Of a stretch of 64,000 nt of DNA, positions 29,335-44,849 are shown one piece after another; the first letter of the stretch is position 1; each line of letters begins with the position of its first letter. Both the position numbers and the translations under genes were made by a program. Location of the stretch: assembly GCA_951406725.2 (NCBI GenBank), contig OX597826.1:26846001-26910000 (forward strand). The letters run 5' to 3'. A model generated the notes under the pieces. The model made no database searches. It saw only the letters and a list, made by a program, of their open reading frames with translations, and was not told where the DNA came from. The DNA is from Octopus vulgaris (lineage: Eukaryota).

Positions 29335-29520
29335 TACAATGCATCTCTTCCATGCCAAATATTTAGATCTTCCATTGCATTCTTCACATCCTCAATCTGA
29401 TATCCTGTGTCTTCCCGAAGTCGAACAATATATGCTCTTGCTGGTCTGCCGATACTTGTCTGTCCATGCGTCTGTGTCCCACGAAGGAAATTGTCGGATA
29501 TTTCACCCTGAGTATCATGT
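29335..29520 (-). pseudogene. RTE-clade LINE C-terminal fragment
   Basis: Minus strand reads GEISDNFLRGTQTHGQTSIGRPARAYIVRLREDTGYQIEDVKNAMEDLNIW, same pattern as the C-terminus of the 47011-47467 RTE fragment. Confidence 0.65.
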
Positions 29521-30565
29521 TTCCTTCTAAGTAATTGAGTCAGATTGCTCGAGACTGTAGTGCGAAATCCTTACCCCAGGCACCCGATACCACGTTGATA
29601 CAATGCTAGCTTCTTAATCACACAGCCGAGCCTGAACCTATAAGATTTTGCTTATCATCCTTCTATGATCGATAAAATAGAATGGCGATCAATAACTGGT
29701 GATCGAATGCATTAGTCGTGCTCTTCTCCACACCTAAACTTTTATCTGTGTTCCAATACTAGATATTAGTACTTATTCAACGCACTTGAATCTTATATAA
29801 AAATGATACTTGAGACGCGCTGTTGTGTTGTAATGTGATGCGATATACGTTAAACCATTAGAGTATTTTATTTATCACACACAAGACTTAGAAGATATGC
29901 TTTCGTGTATTTATTACACAAATCCTTGTATTTCAACGAGACAAACTGCCTGTCAAGTATGTTTTTTTTTCTTGTTTTAGATATTCGATTGCAGCAATGT
30001 TCGGGCATCGACTTAAAACAAATCGATCCCAGTACTTCTTTTCGTTTTAATGTCTGGTACTTAATGTATTGGACGCTCTTTGCGAATCGCTAAGTAACGG
30101 GACCGTAAACAAGCCTTGAGGAGATAAGCACAAAGATGACACACAAGCACAGGCATACACTTCAACATACACACACTTGCACATACACACACACTTATGT
30201 ATATGTGTGAGTGTGTGTGTGTGTGTATGTGTGTGCGTGTGTGTGTGTATGTGTGTGTGTGTGGCTTGCGTATGTGCGTGTTCACAAATATTACATTCAC
30301 TTTATGAGCACAACTTTACTAAATCGATGCAATGCCAGTCTACCTGGCGAAATTTCAATAATTTTTATAGCGTCTACATTGCTGCCTCAGATCATTTCTC
30401 CGATATTTATTTCTTTCCGACGTACTACTTCTTGTTATTAAACAACCAGCCGACGGGGAAGCCAGTTACTAGTCACTAAAAATAGCAGCCACATATATTA
30501 TAAACATCATATCCTAACCTCTTAAATAATGGAACAGTCGATAATGTCGTCTTAGTCACATCACA

Positions 30566-30959
30566 TCTCTATATATATAAAGCTGAAGTTGTCTGTGTAT
30601 GGCAGGTTTGGTAGCCTTCAACTAACACTATCTCCTCCGAGATCCTGCGGCGCAAGTTGATCAGAATTGAAAGTATGATAAAAGAAGGCTTGCTCTTCCT
30701 TCCGCAGAAGAAAAAAATTCAAATCGGGCCATGTTAACACCAAAAATTATTTACATCAAAAAGGTGCTTTTTTTCTATGAAAATCCCTATTTTTTACGAT
30801 TTGTTTACTGCTGTGTCGCCATTTTTCGGTGTATTTCAACCAGAAAAATGTTCACTTAAAGAGAATAATAAGCTACGTAATGCAAAAGTTTTACTTTTCA
30901 AAAATTCCTATTCTAAAAGGGTCGAAACAAACCCGAGCAACGCCGGGCGATACTGCTAC
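30566..30959 (+). mobile_element. Non-autonomous Helitron (about 394 bp)
   Basis: A|TC start with TCTCTATATATATAAAGCTGAAG; 3' CCCG-AGCAACGC-CGGG hairpin followed by CTAC|T (CTAG variant). Confidence 0.75.
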
Positions 30960-31276
30960 TATTGAATAAAAAAACGACATACAGCTGGTATCTTATTTTA
31001 TCATAGTTGTATTGGATTAGGACCGATTTGAGAGTAAGCAAGAATAACAATAATAATCGCATTAAGACCTAGTTTAAGATTATGTATTAGCGATATAATT
31101 TTATAACTAATATATACCTTATTAATCCAGCTATTTGATTATAATTGCTTCCATTTATTCTCAAAGAGAATGTGTTTCATTAATGATGTCTTTTGAGTAT
31201 GTTGGTCAGTTTTGTAACAAGATAATTATTTATAATTATCAACCTCGGAAATTCCTTACTAATTAATCTTTTACAC

Positions 31277-31667
31277 TAAAGGCACAAGGGTTGAAATTTG
31301 CGGGAAAAGGACTAGTCGTTTACATCTACCCCAGTGTTGCACTGGTACTTAATTTATCGACCCCGAAAGGATGAAAAGCAAAGACGAACTCTGTGAAATT
31401 TGAACTCAGAACGTAGCGACGGGAGAAATACCTAATTCTTTACTACCCACAAGGAGCTAAACACAGAGAGAGGACAAACAAGGACATACAAACGGGTTAA
31501 GTCGATTATATCGACCCCAGTGGGTAACTGGTACTTATTTAATCGACCCCGAAAGGATGAGAGGCAAAATCGACATCGGCGGAATTTGAACTCAGAACGT
31601 AACGGCAGACGAAATACCGCTAAGCATTTCTTCCAGCGTGCTAACGTTTCTGCCATCTCGCCGCCTT
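31277..31667 (-). mobile_element. Two adjacent/nested SINE family A copies (31277-31432, 31433-31667)
   Basis: ATCGACCCCGAAAGGATGA and GAATTTGAACTCAGAACGTA each occur twice. Confidence 0.85.
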
Positions 31668-32094
31668 GAATTCCAAGCTAATTAATGAAAACGGAAACAA
31701 ATACTGTAGGCGAAATGCCATCAAGCTGTCTAACGAGAAAGAAGTGGGTAGCTCAAGATGGCTTCACATCAGGTTTAAGACCCAAAAGAGTTAGTGTTTA
31801 CTGGACATGATCCGGGAATTCATTACCTCTATATAACTTTTTGCTGCTGACGGTGTTTGGTTTCAGAATGTTCCGAAGGATTAAACTCAAAAAACGATAC
31901 TGATGATTAAGCCTGATGCATCATATGGTCATGTAGGAAGGAAGTGAGCCCAAGAATTTTTGAGTTAATAGAACAAAATCCTGTGAGGAAGAATATGACG
32001 CATAAGTTAGGCGTACAAGAGTCTAATTTACATATTTTTAACGTCTATCTTAGAAAATTGTATTTATTGATTTTGTAAAGCTACATATTTACTC

Positions 32095-32328
32095 TATTGC
32101 TTTCTCTGGCAGACTGCTAAATAACGGAGACACTAACGCATCAACACCGCTTGTCAAGCCGTAGGGTGGGACAAACAAATACACGCACATATACATATAC
32201 GACATGCGCCTTTCAATTTTTCCGTCAATCAAATCAAATCACAAGGCCCAAGGTGCCAGGCGGTGGGACTGAAGCGAGAACCATGTTGGTTGAGAAGGAT
32301 ACATCTTAACACAAAGCCATGCCTGGAC
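32095..32328 (-). mobile_element. SINE family B, diverged
   Basis: CCCAAGGTGCCA..GTGGGACTGAA..GAACCATGT..CACAAAGCCATGCC. Confidence 0.7.
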
Positions 32329-32667
32329 CTAGATATAAAATTGGTGTATTTCTTCATAAAGGAACAAGGACCATGATAGAGAACGTTTAAGGAATACAAG
32401 GGGAAGTTACTCTCAGACCAAGGTACGGTCATAAATTATGCAACAAATTGGTATCGCCTTAAACTCACCTAATGGACAGGGAATAGTCCAAAAGAGCTAG
32501 TGACAAAAGAGGACAGCTACAATACAGATATGCAAAGATCCTGAAGTTAGAAAGTTTGTTTCGCAAGCACCTGTTTTAGAAACTGGGTGGAAGTCATCAT
32601 ACATACATACATACATACATACATATGTACGTACATACATACATATACAAAGTACACACACACACAC

Positions 32668-32720
<53 letters not shown>

Positions 32721-32728
32721 TATTTTTT

Positions 32729-33600
32729 CAGGGTGTCCATAAAATCACTTTACAATTTTAAAACTTTATTACAAAGGCAGTTGACAAGATATCTTAACCA
32801 GATTTGTTTTATTGTAATAAATGTTCATTAAAGTTTTCTTTACCTGTTATTTAATAGACCTCAATATGGGCACCATTAGTTGCGCGAAGCACATCAAGAC
32901 GGTACTCGATTTCTTGCCATATTCGCTGTAGGATAGCCTCATCAACGGTGGCAATGGCATTACTAATCCTTTGCTTCTAGTCAACATTGTCTCGTATCTT
33001 TGATACACGATATCTTTTACATAACCCCATAAAAATAAGTCAAAGTGAGTGATATCTGGCGAACGCGGTGGCCATGGAATTGGCCCATCTCTTCATATCG
33101 ATCAATCTGGAAATGTTTGATTGAGGAACTGACGAACATGCCGTCCCCAATGTGGTGGTGCAACATCTTGCTGGAAAATTATGGTTGGTTGTAAATCAAC
33201 CAATTGTGATTCCACATATTCGGTCAGAAGGTCAAGGTAACAATCTACAGTAAATGTTGCCTCGTTGAAGAAAAATGGACCACTTATTCGACTGTGCATG
33301 ATACCACAACACACATTCACTTTTGGACTATCCCGTTGAAGTTCCCTGATCCACAGATTATCACATTGTGTTTGTTTAATTTCCCTGAGACATGAAAAGT
33401 CGCTTCGTCATTAAACAAACTCGCTTGAGGAATGCTTCATCGTCATTTTATATCAACAGAGTATCTGAGACACGAAAATATGATCCAAATGAAAACTTTA
33501 ATAAACATTCACTAAAATAAAGTAAATCTGGTTAAAATATCCCATCAAATGCCTTTGTAATAATGTTTTTAAATTGTAAAGAGACTTTATGGACACCCTG
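32729..33600 (-). mobile_element. Tc1/mariner superfamily DD41D (rosa/Visitor-type) transposon, internally deleted
   Basis: About 110 bp TIRs CAGGGTGTCCATAAA.../...TTTATGGACACCCTG then TA; IFQQDVAPPH...WPPRSPDITHFDLFLWGYVKD with 41 codons between the last two Asp (counted by hand, two in-frame stops). Confidence 0.88.
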
Positions 33601-33697
33601 TATATACTTAGTTCCTCTAAACACAACAATGTACATACACTATATATATATGTATACATGTACGTATATATACATATATAACATATATAACGTATAT

Positions 33698-33738
<41 letters not shown>

Positions 33739-33751
33739 TATTTATATGTAT

Positions 33752-34115
33752 AACGTAAAGTATACTAGCCATCTCAATAGGGCTAACCACTAAGGGTGGG
33801 GTGGGTGTTACTGTAGCTTTTAGCCCCAGATCATCGTCTCCAGCTGGCTTTAGGCACACTTTCTGTGCCCTTATGGTATTTGTAAGGGAGGTCATCCCTC
33901 TCTCGTCAACCTAAGTGATACGCACGGACTGCAGTTCCGTGCGTATCACTTAGGTTGACGAGAGAGGGATGACCTCCCTTTGCAAATACCATAAGTGCAT
34001 AGAAAGTGTGACTAAAGCCAGTTGGAGACGATGATCTCCTGGGGTTAAAGCTACAGTAACACCCACCCCACCCTTAGTGGTTAGCCATATTGAGATGACT
34101 AGTATACATTACGTT
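33752..34115. repeat. Near spacer-less palindrome (fold-back element), about 180 bp arms
   Basis: Centre GGACTGCAGTTCC at 33926-33938; inner about 45 bp identical, outer arms with roughly ten substitutions and small indels. Confidence 0.92.
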
Positions 34116-34226
34116 GTCGAGCAGCTACTGTTTACATCTTGTTCAGAGATTTATTATTGCTATGTATATATATATATATATATAAGCATATGCATAGATA
34201 ATTATTATCACCATTATCATCATCAC

Positions 34227-34272
<46 letters not shown>

Positions 34273-34826
34273 GAGTGAGAGAGCAGTTCATGCCATCAAA
34301 GTGACACTGGGGTAAAATGTACGAAGCCCAATATACCCATCATGACTACCCGTCTGATAAGGGCACACCAGGCACATGCATCACAACCAAATGTGCGCGA
34401 CATAGTAATCTCATATCAAGATAAACAGCACATGACCTTGCAGGTGGGGCCCAGTTAGAATTTTCTTCAGGTTGAGTAGCCCATCCCGCTCAAACGGTCC
34501 CTGAATAAGGGTTGTTTAAGAATGTTGAAAAAACCACCCATGTTTCCAGAGGTGAATTATTCAAACCACAACGAATCCCTCTCAACACATGGCTATGATG
34601 CTCCCCCACTACTTCTGCTCGTGATTAGAGATGCACATATCGTCAGCCACTAAGGGACATGCTCAACTGGTTAAGGTCAAACAACTGACAAGCAAATCTG
34701 TGGTATTGAGCAGAATATTTGCTGTAGCCCATCTTTTATACCAAGACAAAACAATGTACATGATAACACTTCCAATCAGTTAAGATCAGAAGCCATGAGA
34801 GCCACTGCCTGGTACTGCATCAGGGC

Positions 34827-34830
<4 letters not shown>
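34273..34830. mobile_element. Unclassified about 560 bp repeat inserted in (AAT)n (family E), apparently complete
   Basis: Bounded by (TTA)n on both sides; partial second copy at 12179-12473; no ORF, no clear tRNA head. Confidence 0.75.
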
Positions 34831-34900
<70 letters not shown>

Positions 34901-35302
34901 TTGTTGTTGTTGTTGTTGTTATTATTATTATTATAATCATTATGATTGTTATTATTATTTAAATCGGTTTGATTCCCCCTCATGCAACATAAAGTTTCGT
35001 AGGCTCGTAACAGAAACCTAACTAGTTGGGCTCAGGTGACTTAAGGTGATTAATTGGTATGTCAATCAGCTGTAATCGTATTGCAAATTGCTTAAATACA
35101 CTAAAGGTAATTACATAACAACGTAATATATGAAATAAATATTTTTCGACAAACTTGATTAATATTTTGACCATTGTCGCTGAGGCGAATGCCGTTCACG
35201 TGAATATATATATGTATGCATATATGTGTGTACATATATATATGTATGTGTGTGCGTGAGTGTGTGTGTGCATATATATGTATATAAATATATATATATA
35301 TT

Positions 35303-35339
<37 letters not shown>

Positions 35340-35350
35340 ATCTGTATATA

Positions 35351-35396
<46 letters not shown>

Positions 35397-36219
35397 TATA
35401 CACATACATATATATATACATTACACATATACATATGTATATGCATTCATATACATTGGTGTCTGTGATAGTGCGTGTGTGTGCGCGCATATGTGTGTAT
35501 ATATCTATACACATGTATAGATTAATAAAAGTATATGCGTACATAATACAAATATATAGTCATATGTATATGTATATGGATATACATATTATATTATGTT
35601 ATATATTCATATATATATACACAAACGCATATATGCATATGCAAATTATATTCAAGTGCATATATATTTAAATGCACGTATGTGTATGTATATATATATA
35701 TATATATTTATTTATATGCACCCATACACACACATATGTACATACGCATATATATTTGCATGCCAGCATATACGTGTATCTACGTCTGTGTATTTGTTAT
35801 TCTCTCTATTTAAGTGTGGAAACAAATATTAAATAGGATACAGTTCATAAGCCAGTCTATTAACTCCACATGATGGAGCGTTCGGCCCAGATCCAATCGT
35901 TTATCTGGATTTCATCTGGCTTCTTTCCAAAGCATTTCCGTCCCACGTATGATAAACATAACTGTAGGAAGACGAACACACTCTCACACTACATAATCAT
36001 ATACGCTTGCAAGCGTTTCGATGCACATACATGCATGCATATGCACAAGATACATTATTTATATATGTGTGTGTGCGTGTGTGTTTATGTGTGTGTGTGT
36101 TTATGTGTGTGTGTGTGTTCATGCGTGCGTAGATATGCATGCATATCTGTGAGTGTTTGCGTTTTATCCATATAAATCACTTGTAGAAATCTATATAAAA
36201 TTGTGTATATGTATATATG

Positions 36220-36255
<36 letters not shown>

Positions 36256-36504
36256 CGTGTGTGTGTGTGTGTGCGTGTGTATATATATATAGATGCATGC
36301 ACGCACATTCATATATACATATATCTGTATCTATCTATCTCTCTATAGATAGATAGATAGATAAATATAAACATTTCTTAAAGTTTGGAGGGAATTTTTA
36401 ATTATTTAATTATTTAATTCTATTTCAGAAGTTTTGATCTCACATATCTATCAATACTACATAAATGTTGGGTTTAAATACAATTCTGTGTAGAAAAATA
36501 CGAA

Positions 36505-36576
36505 GGTTGCCATTGGGAATCGAACCTACATTTCCCGATGGCATGCCAAGCATTCTGCCATTGAACCAGAGCAATT
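36505..36576 (-). pseudogene. tRNA-Gly(GCC)-like sequence inside a microsatellite-flanked element (about 36370-36905)
   Basis: Minus strand TGGTTCAATGGCAGAATGCTTGGCATGCCATCGGGAAATGTAGGTTCGATTCCC, followed shortly by TTTTT; stems imperfect. Confidence 0.55.
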
Positions 36577-36907
36577 CTTCCATCTTGTCCATCCTTTTCC
36601 GAAACTTTTATTCTTACCAGCGAGAACTATATGTAGGTGACGTCATATGATTTTTAAAATATTCGAGAAAATGTGAAATAATTGTTCGGACTTCGAGATG
36701 CCTCTTGCTTATACATTTTACCTTTTCAAATCCATCACGCAAGCGCATTTTTTCGTCGGCAGCAAAAAAAGCTGGCAATTTCTTCGAACAAATTTTCCAG
36801 AAATCATTATACATAATTAATAATATCAGGAGCGTCTGCTAATATTTACATGTATCACGTCCTCACGTAGCTGATTTTTTGTGTTTGTTCCCCTTTTGGG
36901 GCTTTAC

Positions 36908-36998
<91 letters not shown>

Positions 36999-38638
36999 GT
37001 ATGTATATATATGAGTGTAAGTGCCTTTATGCTTGTAGTCGTATCGCACACCTCTTAACTCTCTGTTAGGCTGTTTACCATGGCTTAATACCCGACTTTA
37101 AAAACTAAGTACCGGTGTCAAATTGTTCGAATAAACTTTTCAATGCATTATTCCTGTATGGCCACGGTATAGCAACAGATTCAAATAAATGATGAAAGAA
37201 AAAATACAGAAAATTGTCTGTTATATGTTTTTCGATGTATTTCTTTCTTTACTTGTGACTTGCTCATATATTCGCTATTCGGTAATTTATATACTAAATG
37301 CACCTATCGAAAATATCACTCTAACAATGAAGGTGACCAACGGGTGGTATGTTTTCTGCAGCGACCATACAACATAGTACTTTCTAGATGTTGTTGTTTC
37401 ATGTAACCGATTAACGTTAGTGAATCTGAAAGCGAAGTATATATACATGATATATTGCATTTGGTCAAGACCTTGCTGTGTGAAACTTTCTCTTTACAAA
37501 AAGAAATGCCGAAAATACAAGATAGTCGGCAGTGATTTAAACTATTGAATTCCTTTTCCTGATTAGCATAAATTTACCAAGATTCATTGCCATTGAAATA
37601 TATACTAAGAATACAAGACATATATTTTAATCTGTGCATTACTATTTGTCTTGTTTTCTCAGACTATTTCTGACAGTGGTTCTGTAGTTAAGATTCTTCT
37701 ATCTATAGCAATGATAATATATTCATCAAAGGACAAGTTTTTATTGACAGTAAAATAGAGTTATTCGAAACGGTTGACAACTTCTCGGAAATAACTGTCT
37801 AATAGCGGTCTTTTTTTTTTTCGCTAAGTCGTAGTATGTTGTTTTAGAATGTTTGGTCTCGTTGGTGGCACTGAAAATTTTGCAAGCTGAGTTGAATTTA
37901 TTTAAAGGAGATTGATTTCTGTTTTTTCCTTTTTGTTTTTTCTGAAGGACTTGTTTTTTTACTTTTCTTTTCTGAAGGACTTGAAAATCTGTAGACATCA
38001 ATATGCAGAACGTCTCTAAAAAAAGTTATTTATTTACCTTAATCTTTGTGTGTACCGTATTAACAAATTTATAGTCGATTCTTCAATCAAATGAAACACA
38101 TGATATAGACTTTTTCAAAATATCGATAGAGAATAACAACAAAGAAAAAAGTATTTTATAAGATTCTTTCAAATAAATAACCTCGTTTTACTTCATTCCT
38201 GCTGTCCAGTCTTTCAAATATTGATAGAAGACAACAGAGGGAAACTTGAAAGAAATAAGCAAAACACCTAAATAACATTCCTGCAAGTAAACAACCCTGT
38301 TTAACTCCATACGTTTACCTCGTGTGACTGAGTTATATCGTCAGTGTTGGGAGGCGTTTTGTTATATTTCTTGTTATATATAGTGTCTCTTTAGTTATAT
38401 TTCTGTAGACATACATTGTTCTTATTTCGACTAATTTCCCAAAAATAATCCTTTAGGCTTTACTTATTTCAGTCATTGGACAGCTGCTATCATGGGGCAC
38501 TCTAGAAGTTAAATCTGTTTAAAGTGTGCTAGTTAACCTGTCTGCTTATTTTGCAGGACCGCTAGTTAATGGAGCCGTAAACAAACGAATACCTTTTATC
38601 CAATGGTGGTGAAGGACTAACTTTTGTGTATATGTATG

Positions 38639-38706
<68 letters not shown>

Positions 38707-38709
38707 AAT

Positions 38710-38940
38710 TCTTTTACTTGTTTCAGTCATTTGAATGCGGCCATGCTGGAGCATACACTCACATATATGTGTGTGTGCGTAGATATATAGATAAATAAAT
38801 AGATGTGGCAGGCTTCTTTCAGTTTACGTCTACCACATCCACACACTGACCTTGGTCGGCCCGCTGCATAAGTAAGAACCATTTGATTAATGTGCCATGA
38901 TGCCACTGGGTACAAAATGTCTTACTACACAGCAGTACCA
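38710..38940 (-). mobile_element. SINE family B fragments
   Basis: TTTTACTTGTTTCAGTCATTTGA..GCGGCCATGCTGGAGC and GGCTTCTTTCAGTTT..GTCTACC. Confidence 0.7.
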
Positions 38941-39411
38941 GGGCCTAATGAAGTATTTAGTAAACTAACGTTGTTATTATTGAGCTGGCCTTTAAAGCGG
39001 TTATGAGACAGAACCGTGAAGTGCATCGGACAAAATGCTTAACGTCATTTTTCTCGACTCCTCACGTTCCGACTTCAAATCGCTTTAAAAGAGAGCGATT
39101 ATTTCAAAGAACTAGGGGCAACTTCGGGTGGGCTAGTATTCAAAGTGTACATTTGGTAGTTAAAGCACAGGTACAATTATAATTCAAAGCACGACTCATT
39201 AGAGTACAGCCATCCTGAGTCAAGGCACCAGTACGTTTTCCTCTAATCCTGTTACTTATTCTCTCGGACCCTTTTTGTAAAACCACTATGCAATGGGGAC
39301 ATAAACAAGGAACGGTGGTCAAGGAGTGGTGGGTGACAAATACAAGCACAAAGACAAGAACACATATATATACGCCTACACACACACATACATATGTGTG
39401 TGTACGTGTGA

Positions 39412-39463
<52 letters not shown>

Positions 39464-40052
39464 TTATATGCATGTATGTATGTATGTATGTATGTATGTA
39501 TGTATGTATGTATGTATGTATGTATGTATACATACCCGCGTCCATAGACACATTCTTTTTCAGCTAAGAATTTCATTACAATACTTAATTCCAGATTCGA
39601 AATTTTTAGCAACTGCACGCTCATTGATAGATTTCTTTTGTAGAACAGGAAGACAACGTCCGTTCCAGATTGAGTTGCTATCTCAGATTTTGCCCTCCTT
39701 TCTGTCATAATATTTTACACCAGGTAAATTAAGCAATCAAGATTTCTGCTGTCAAAGAGGAGGAAGATCTAATTTTCACGTTTTTTTTTCTTCTTAACTG
39801 TTTTGCTTCTGGTTTTTTACTCATGTTTTCTCATAGTACAGCGTCCTGGATTTTATATACATCTAACGTATTAAATGACGCTGAAAGATTGGTTGGAGAT
39901 AGATTTTATGCTATAGGATTCTGCCTATTTTATGTAGATTAAAGTGTGAAACTATCAGTAGCTCTTTTGAAATTGTGTATATTAAAAATTTATCTCTCGC
40001 TATATCGGAACTGTAAACTATATGTGTGTGAATATGTGTGTGTAGGAATGTA

Positions 40053-40128
<76 letters not shown>

Positions 40129-40199
40129 CATATATATATGCACGTGTGTATGTATGGATGTATGCAAGTACATATATATGCATGTATATATATATGTAT

Positions 40200-40650
40200 G
40201 CGTGTGTGTCTTTGTGTCAATATTTGCCTCCCCAAAAGCGTTTGACAACCGGTGTTGGTGTGTATACGTCCTGTAACTTAGTGGTTCAGCAAAATAATCC
40301 GATAGAATATGTACTAAGCTTGAAAAGTAAGTCCTGGAGTCGACTAAAACCCTTCAAGGTGATGCTCTAGAGTGGCTGTAGTCAGATGACTGAAACCAGT
40401 TAAAGAATAAAAGCATATATGAATGAACACACACTGACACACACACACACGCACACACATATACACGCACACACATATACACATATACACATATACATAC
40501 AATTTCAGTCTCGCAAATTCACTCACGAGGAATTATTAAGCTCGGGGCTATAAAAGAAAACACTGATGCAAAGTGCCACGTAATGGGACTGAACCCAGAA
40601 CACCTGTGGTTGAGAACCAAACCTTTTACCACACAGTCACTCCCCCGCCT
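40200..40650. mobile_element. Two SINE family B pieces in opposite orientation (3' part + at 40200-40410; 5' part - at 40500-40650)
   Basis: TTGACAACCGGTGTTGGTGTG..GTAACTTAG; GTGCCACG..GGGACTGAACCC..ACCACACAG. Confidence 0.7.
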
Positions 40651-41618
40651 GATAATCGTAATTCGCAAGCGTTGCAATTATCGACACATTTCTTATGTAA
40701 CGAACATAGAAGATGATATCAATTACGGATAACTCTTAGCGAAAAGCACATTGAGATATTCCGTGTAGATTCTAAATGAACTGTTACGTGAAAATAGATA
40801 TTGAAGGATAGCTAACACGACGATGCCGTTATAGTTGTCACCATCACCGGGGTCGCTTATATCAGCATGCATAGTGGTTATGCTAGAGTCCTTGAAGTCA
40901 TGCAGAAAACGCTTAATAGGCAATATTGAAGAAATAGCTTATAAAATACCACGATATGACCAGGATCACTGCACATTTATGTTACAGTATCTGTACCTTA
41001 TCGGTAAATATTACCACATATAGAGGCAAGAAACAATGTTTTGATGCTTGCACAGTTTTCACTTTTCTTGTTGATTGGAATAAGACAAGAATTAACTGAA
41101 GCATGGCGATTTCGACAGAATTATGTTCCGTTCTGTTTTAGTTCTGCACCAGGCGTTATTTTTGAATAGGAACTGAGGCATATCAATATAAATACTAAAT
41201 AAGTGTCAATGAATGAATGAAGGAGGGAAGGTATGAATGAATGAGTGAAAGTAATTGCGATTTTATTCACTATTGTGACAAACTCACAAAGCTGAACTTT
41301 GTCTAAATTGCCATCTTTCAATTGGCTGCAGCGTCCATTTTCTCGTAGTCATGTAACTATCCATCCATCCATCCAACCATCCATCCATCCATCAATACAT
41401 ACACACGTACATACATACGTACAAAGAAATCGAACATGAGTATCTCATTTGTCCAGTTATTACTCAAGCAATCTGTGTATGTTGTTATTCCTTTTCTTGC
41501 GAGATGTTTTAAATAAAGGGAATATTAGAGAAAAACGGATAAAGAATAAAGATGCATTCTCAACAGTATGTAGATATATAGGTATTGAGATAGAAAGGTA
41601 GAGATAGATAGATAGATG

Positions 41619-41662
<44 letters not shown>

Positions 41663-41870
41663 CAGGGAGTGAGTTAGACAGACATAGAAAGACAATTAAA
41701 ATGGGGAAGAAGACAAATTAAAGTTGATGTTACGATCGTTTCAGTAAACCAATACTTTTTATTTCCATACCACCCACCGATGCACGCAATCAAACAAGCA
41801 TTTACCACCCACCAAAAAAAAATTATGTGGAATATATGTAAAATAAATAACATTTTGTTCTTCCTCTTTT

Positions 41871-42634
<764 letters not shown>

Positions 42635-42649
42635 GCCGTTGTTGTTGTT

Positions 42650-42848
42650 GGCGGTGAGCTGAAGAACCGTTAGCACGCCGGGCATTTCGTCCGTCTCTAG
42701 GTCCTGCGTTCAACTTCCGCCGACGACGTTCACTATGCCTTTCATCCTTTCGGGGTCGATAAAATAAGTACCAGTCGAGCATTGGGGTTGATGTAATCGA
42801 CTAGTCCACTACCCACAAAATTTGAAGCCTTGTGCCTTTAGTAGAAAG
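42650..42848 (+). mobile_element. SINE family A
   Basis: GGCGGTGAGCTG..GTTAGCACGCCGGGC..GCCTTTCATCCTTTCGGGGTCGATAAAATAAGTACCAG. Confidence 0.85.
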
Positions 42849-42849
42849 G

Positions 42850-43609
<760 letters not shown>

Positions 43610-43614
43610 TCACC

Positions 43615-43833
43615 AACAACAAGAGCACTCTGAAAGCACAAACCCCCACCAATGAAACACCATTCAGTAACAAATACTTTTTATTTCCATACCACCCACC
43701 CGCCCACGCACGCAATCAAACAAACACGTTCACCCCCCACATACACATATTTATGTAAAATATATGTGGAATATATGTAAAATAAATAACAATGATTAGC
43801 CAGAGTTGATTTTTAAAATGAGAATATCTGAAT
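43615..43833 (-). mobile_element. HINE/Helentron-type 3' end carrying an inserted copy of local DNA
   Basis: AACAAGAGCACTC..AAACCCCCACCAA..AAACACC and AATGATTAGCCAGAGTTGATTTTTAAAATGAGAATATCTGAA are reverse complements of 15370-15465. Confidence 0.7.
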
Positions 43834-44027
43834 CAGATATTCTTCATATAGAATATATAAGAAATCTTAATAATGCAGATTGCTTCAAGCCTACGGCACA
43901 CATAAGAGTGTTTGTATGCCAGCATAACGTGGCAGTCCTGTAAAGACGATGTTACCGTTGTTTTAGCACCAGGAAGTTATGCATTTATGTAGGTATGCAT
44001 ATATTTGATATATCGGTATATATGTGC

Positions 44028-44067
<40 letters not shown>

Positions 44068-44080
44068 GTACACACACACG

Positions 44081-44112
<32 letters not shown>

Positions 44113-44117
44113 CATAC

Positions 44118-44153
<36 letters not shown>

Positions 44154-44849
44154 ATGATTAAATGGTTCGATTTATATACATTTAAACACTTGCTGAACTA
44201 CTTGTATCAGAGAACGTTAATTTTCTAACATGGAGTAAAGAGTCACAAATAAAGGTTGCTATCAGCCTGACGTGTTTGGAATTTCAACGATCGTTCTTTT
44301 CACAATATTTTGCTGTGACAATCGACAAATCTTGGACGCAGCTGATACTCATTATTCTGTTCCTTTATAACAATAACAATTTGACTTCATAACCGTTAGG
44401 AGTATATGTCTTGTTGTGCAAGCAGTAGGTTTGTTCGAAATTTATTAAATCAATATTATATATATGAGAGACACATGTAAGCGAGCCTGATTAAGAAGAC
44501 ACACACACACACTCACACACATACACATATATATATATGTATATATATATATGTGTGTGCGTGTATGCGTATAGTTCAGAGATGATTGTGTCTATATATA
44601 TGTAGCTCATAGATGAGAATAAGTTATTCTCCATATAGAATACACAAGAAAGTTTAATAATGCAGATTGCTTCAAGCCTGCGGCAAAAGATATTTACCAG
44701 CCGCCAAATAAAACGATATCAAATGCAGATTGAAAATTGTGAATGAATGTAATGTCGTACGTTCAACGGTCACGGAATTAGTGTCCATGTTTCTATGATT
44801 CCTTCTTTGATTTTCTTTTTTCGATTACTTGCAAGTCTCTGACGCATTT

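Noticed and set aside
32370-32550. Possible CR1-like RT C-terminal remnant (IQICKIL-like)
   Set aside because: Needs several frameshifts to read; too degenerate to support
34385-34501. HDV-like fold in family E (GGGACC..CCCACCT..AGGTCAT)
   Set aside because: P3 and J4/2 do not fit well and the motif is internal rather than at an end
43870-44690. Repeated TAATGCAGATTGCTTCAAGCC (43871, 44658) as a G15.1-C16.1 hammerhead half
   Set aside because: No 5' core found; only a duplicated repeat end
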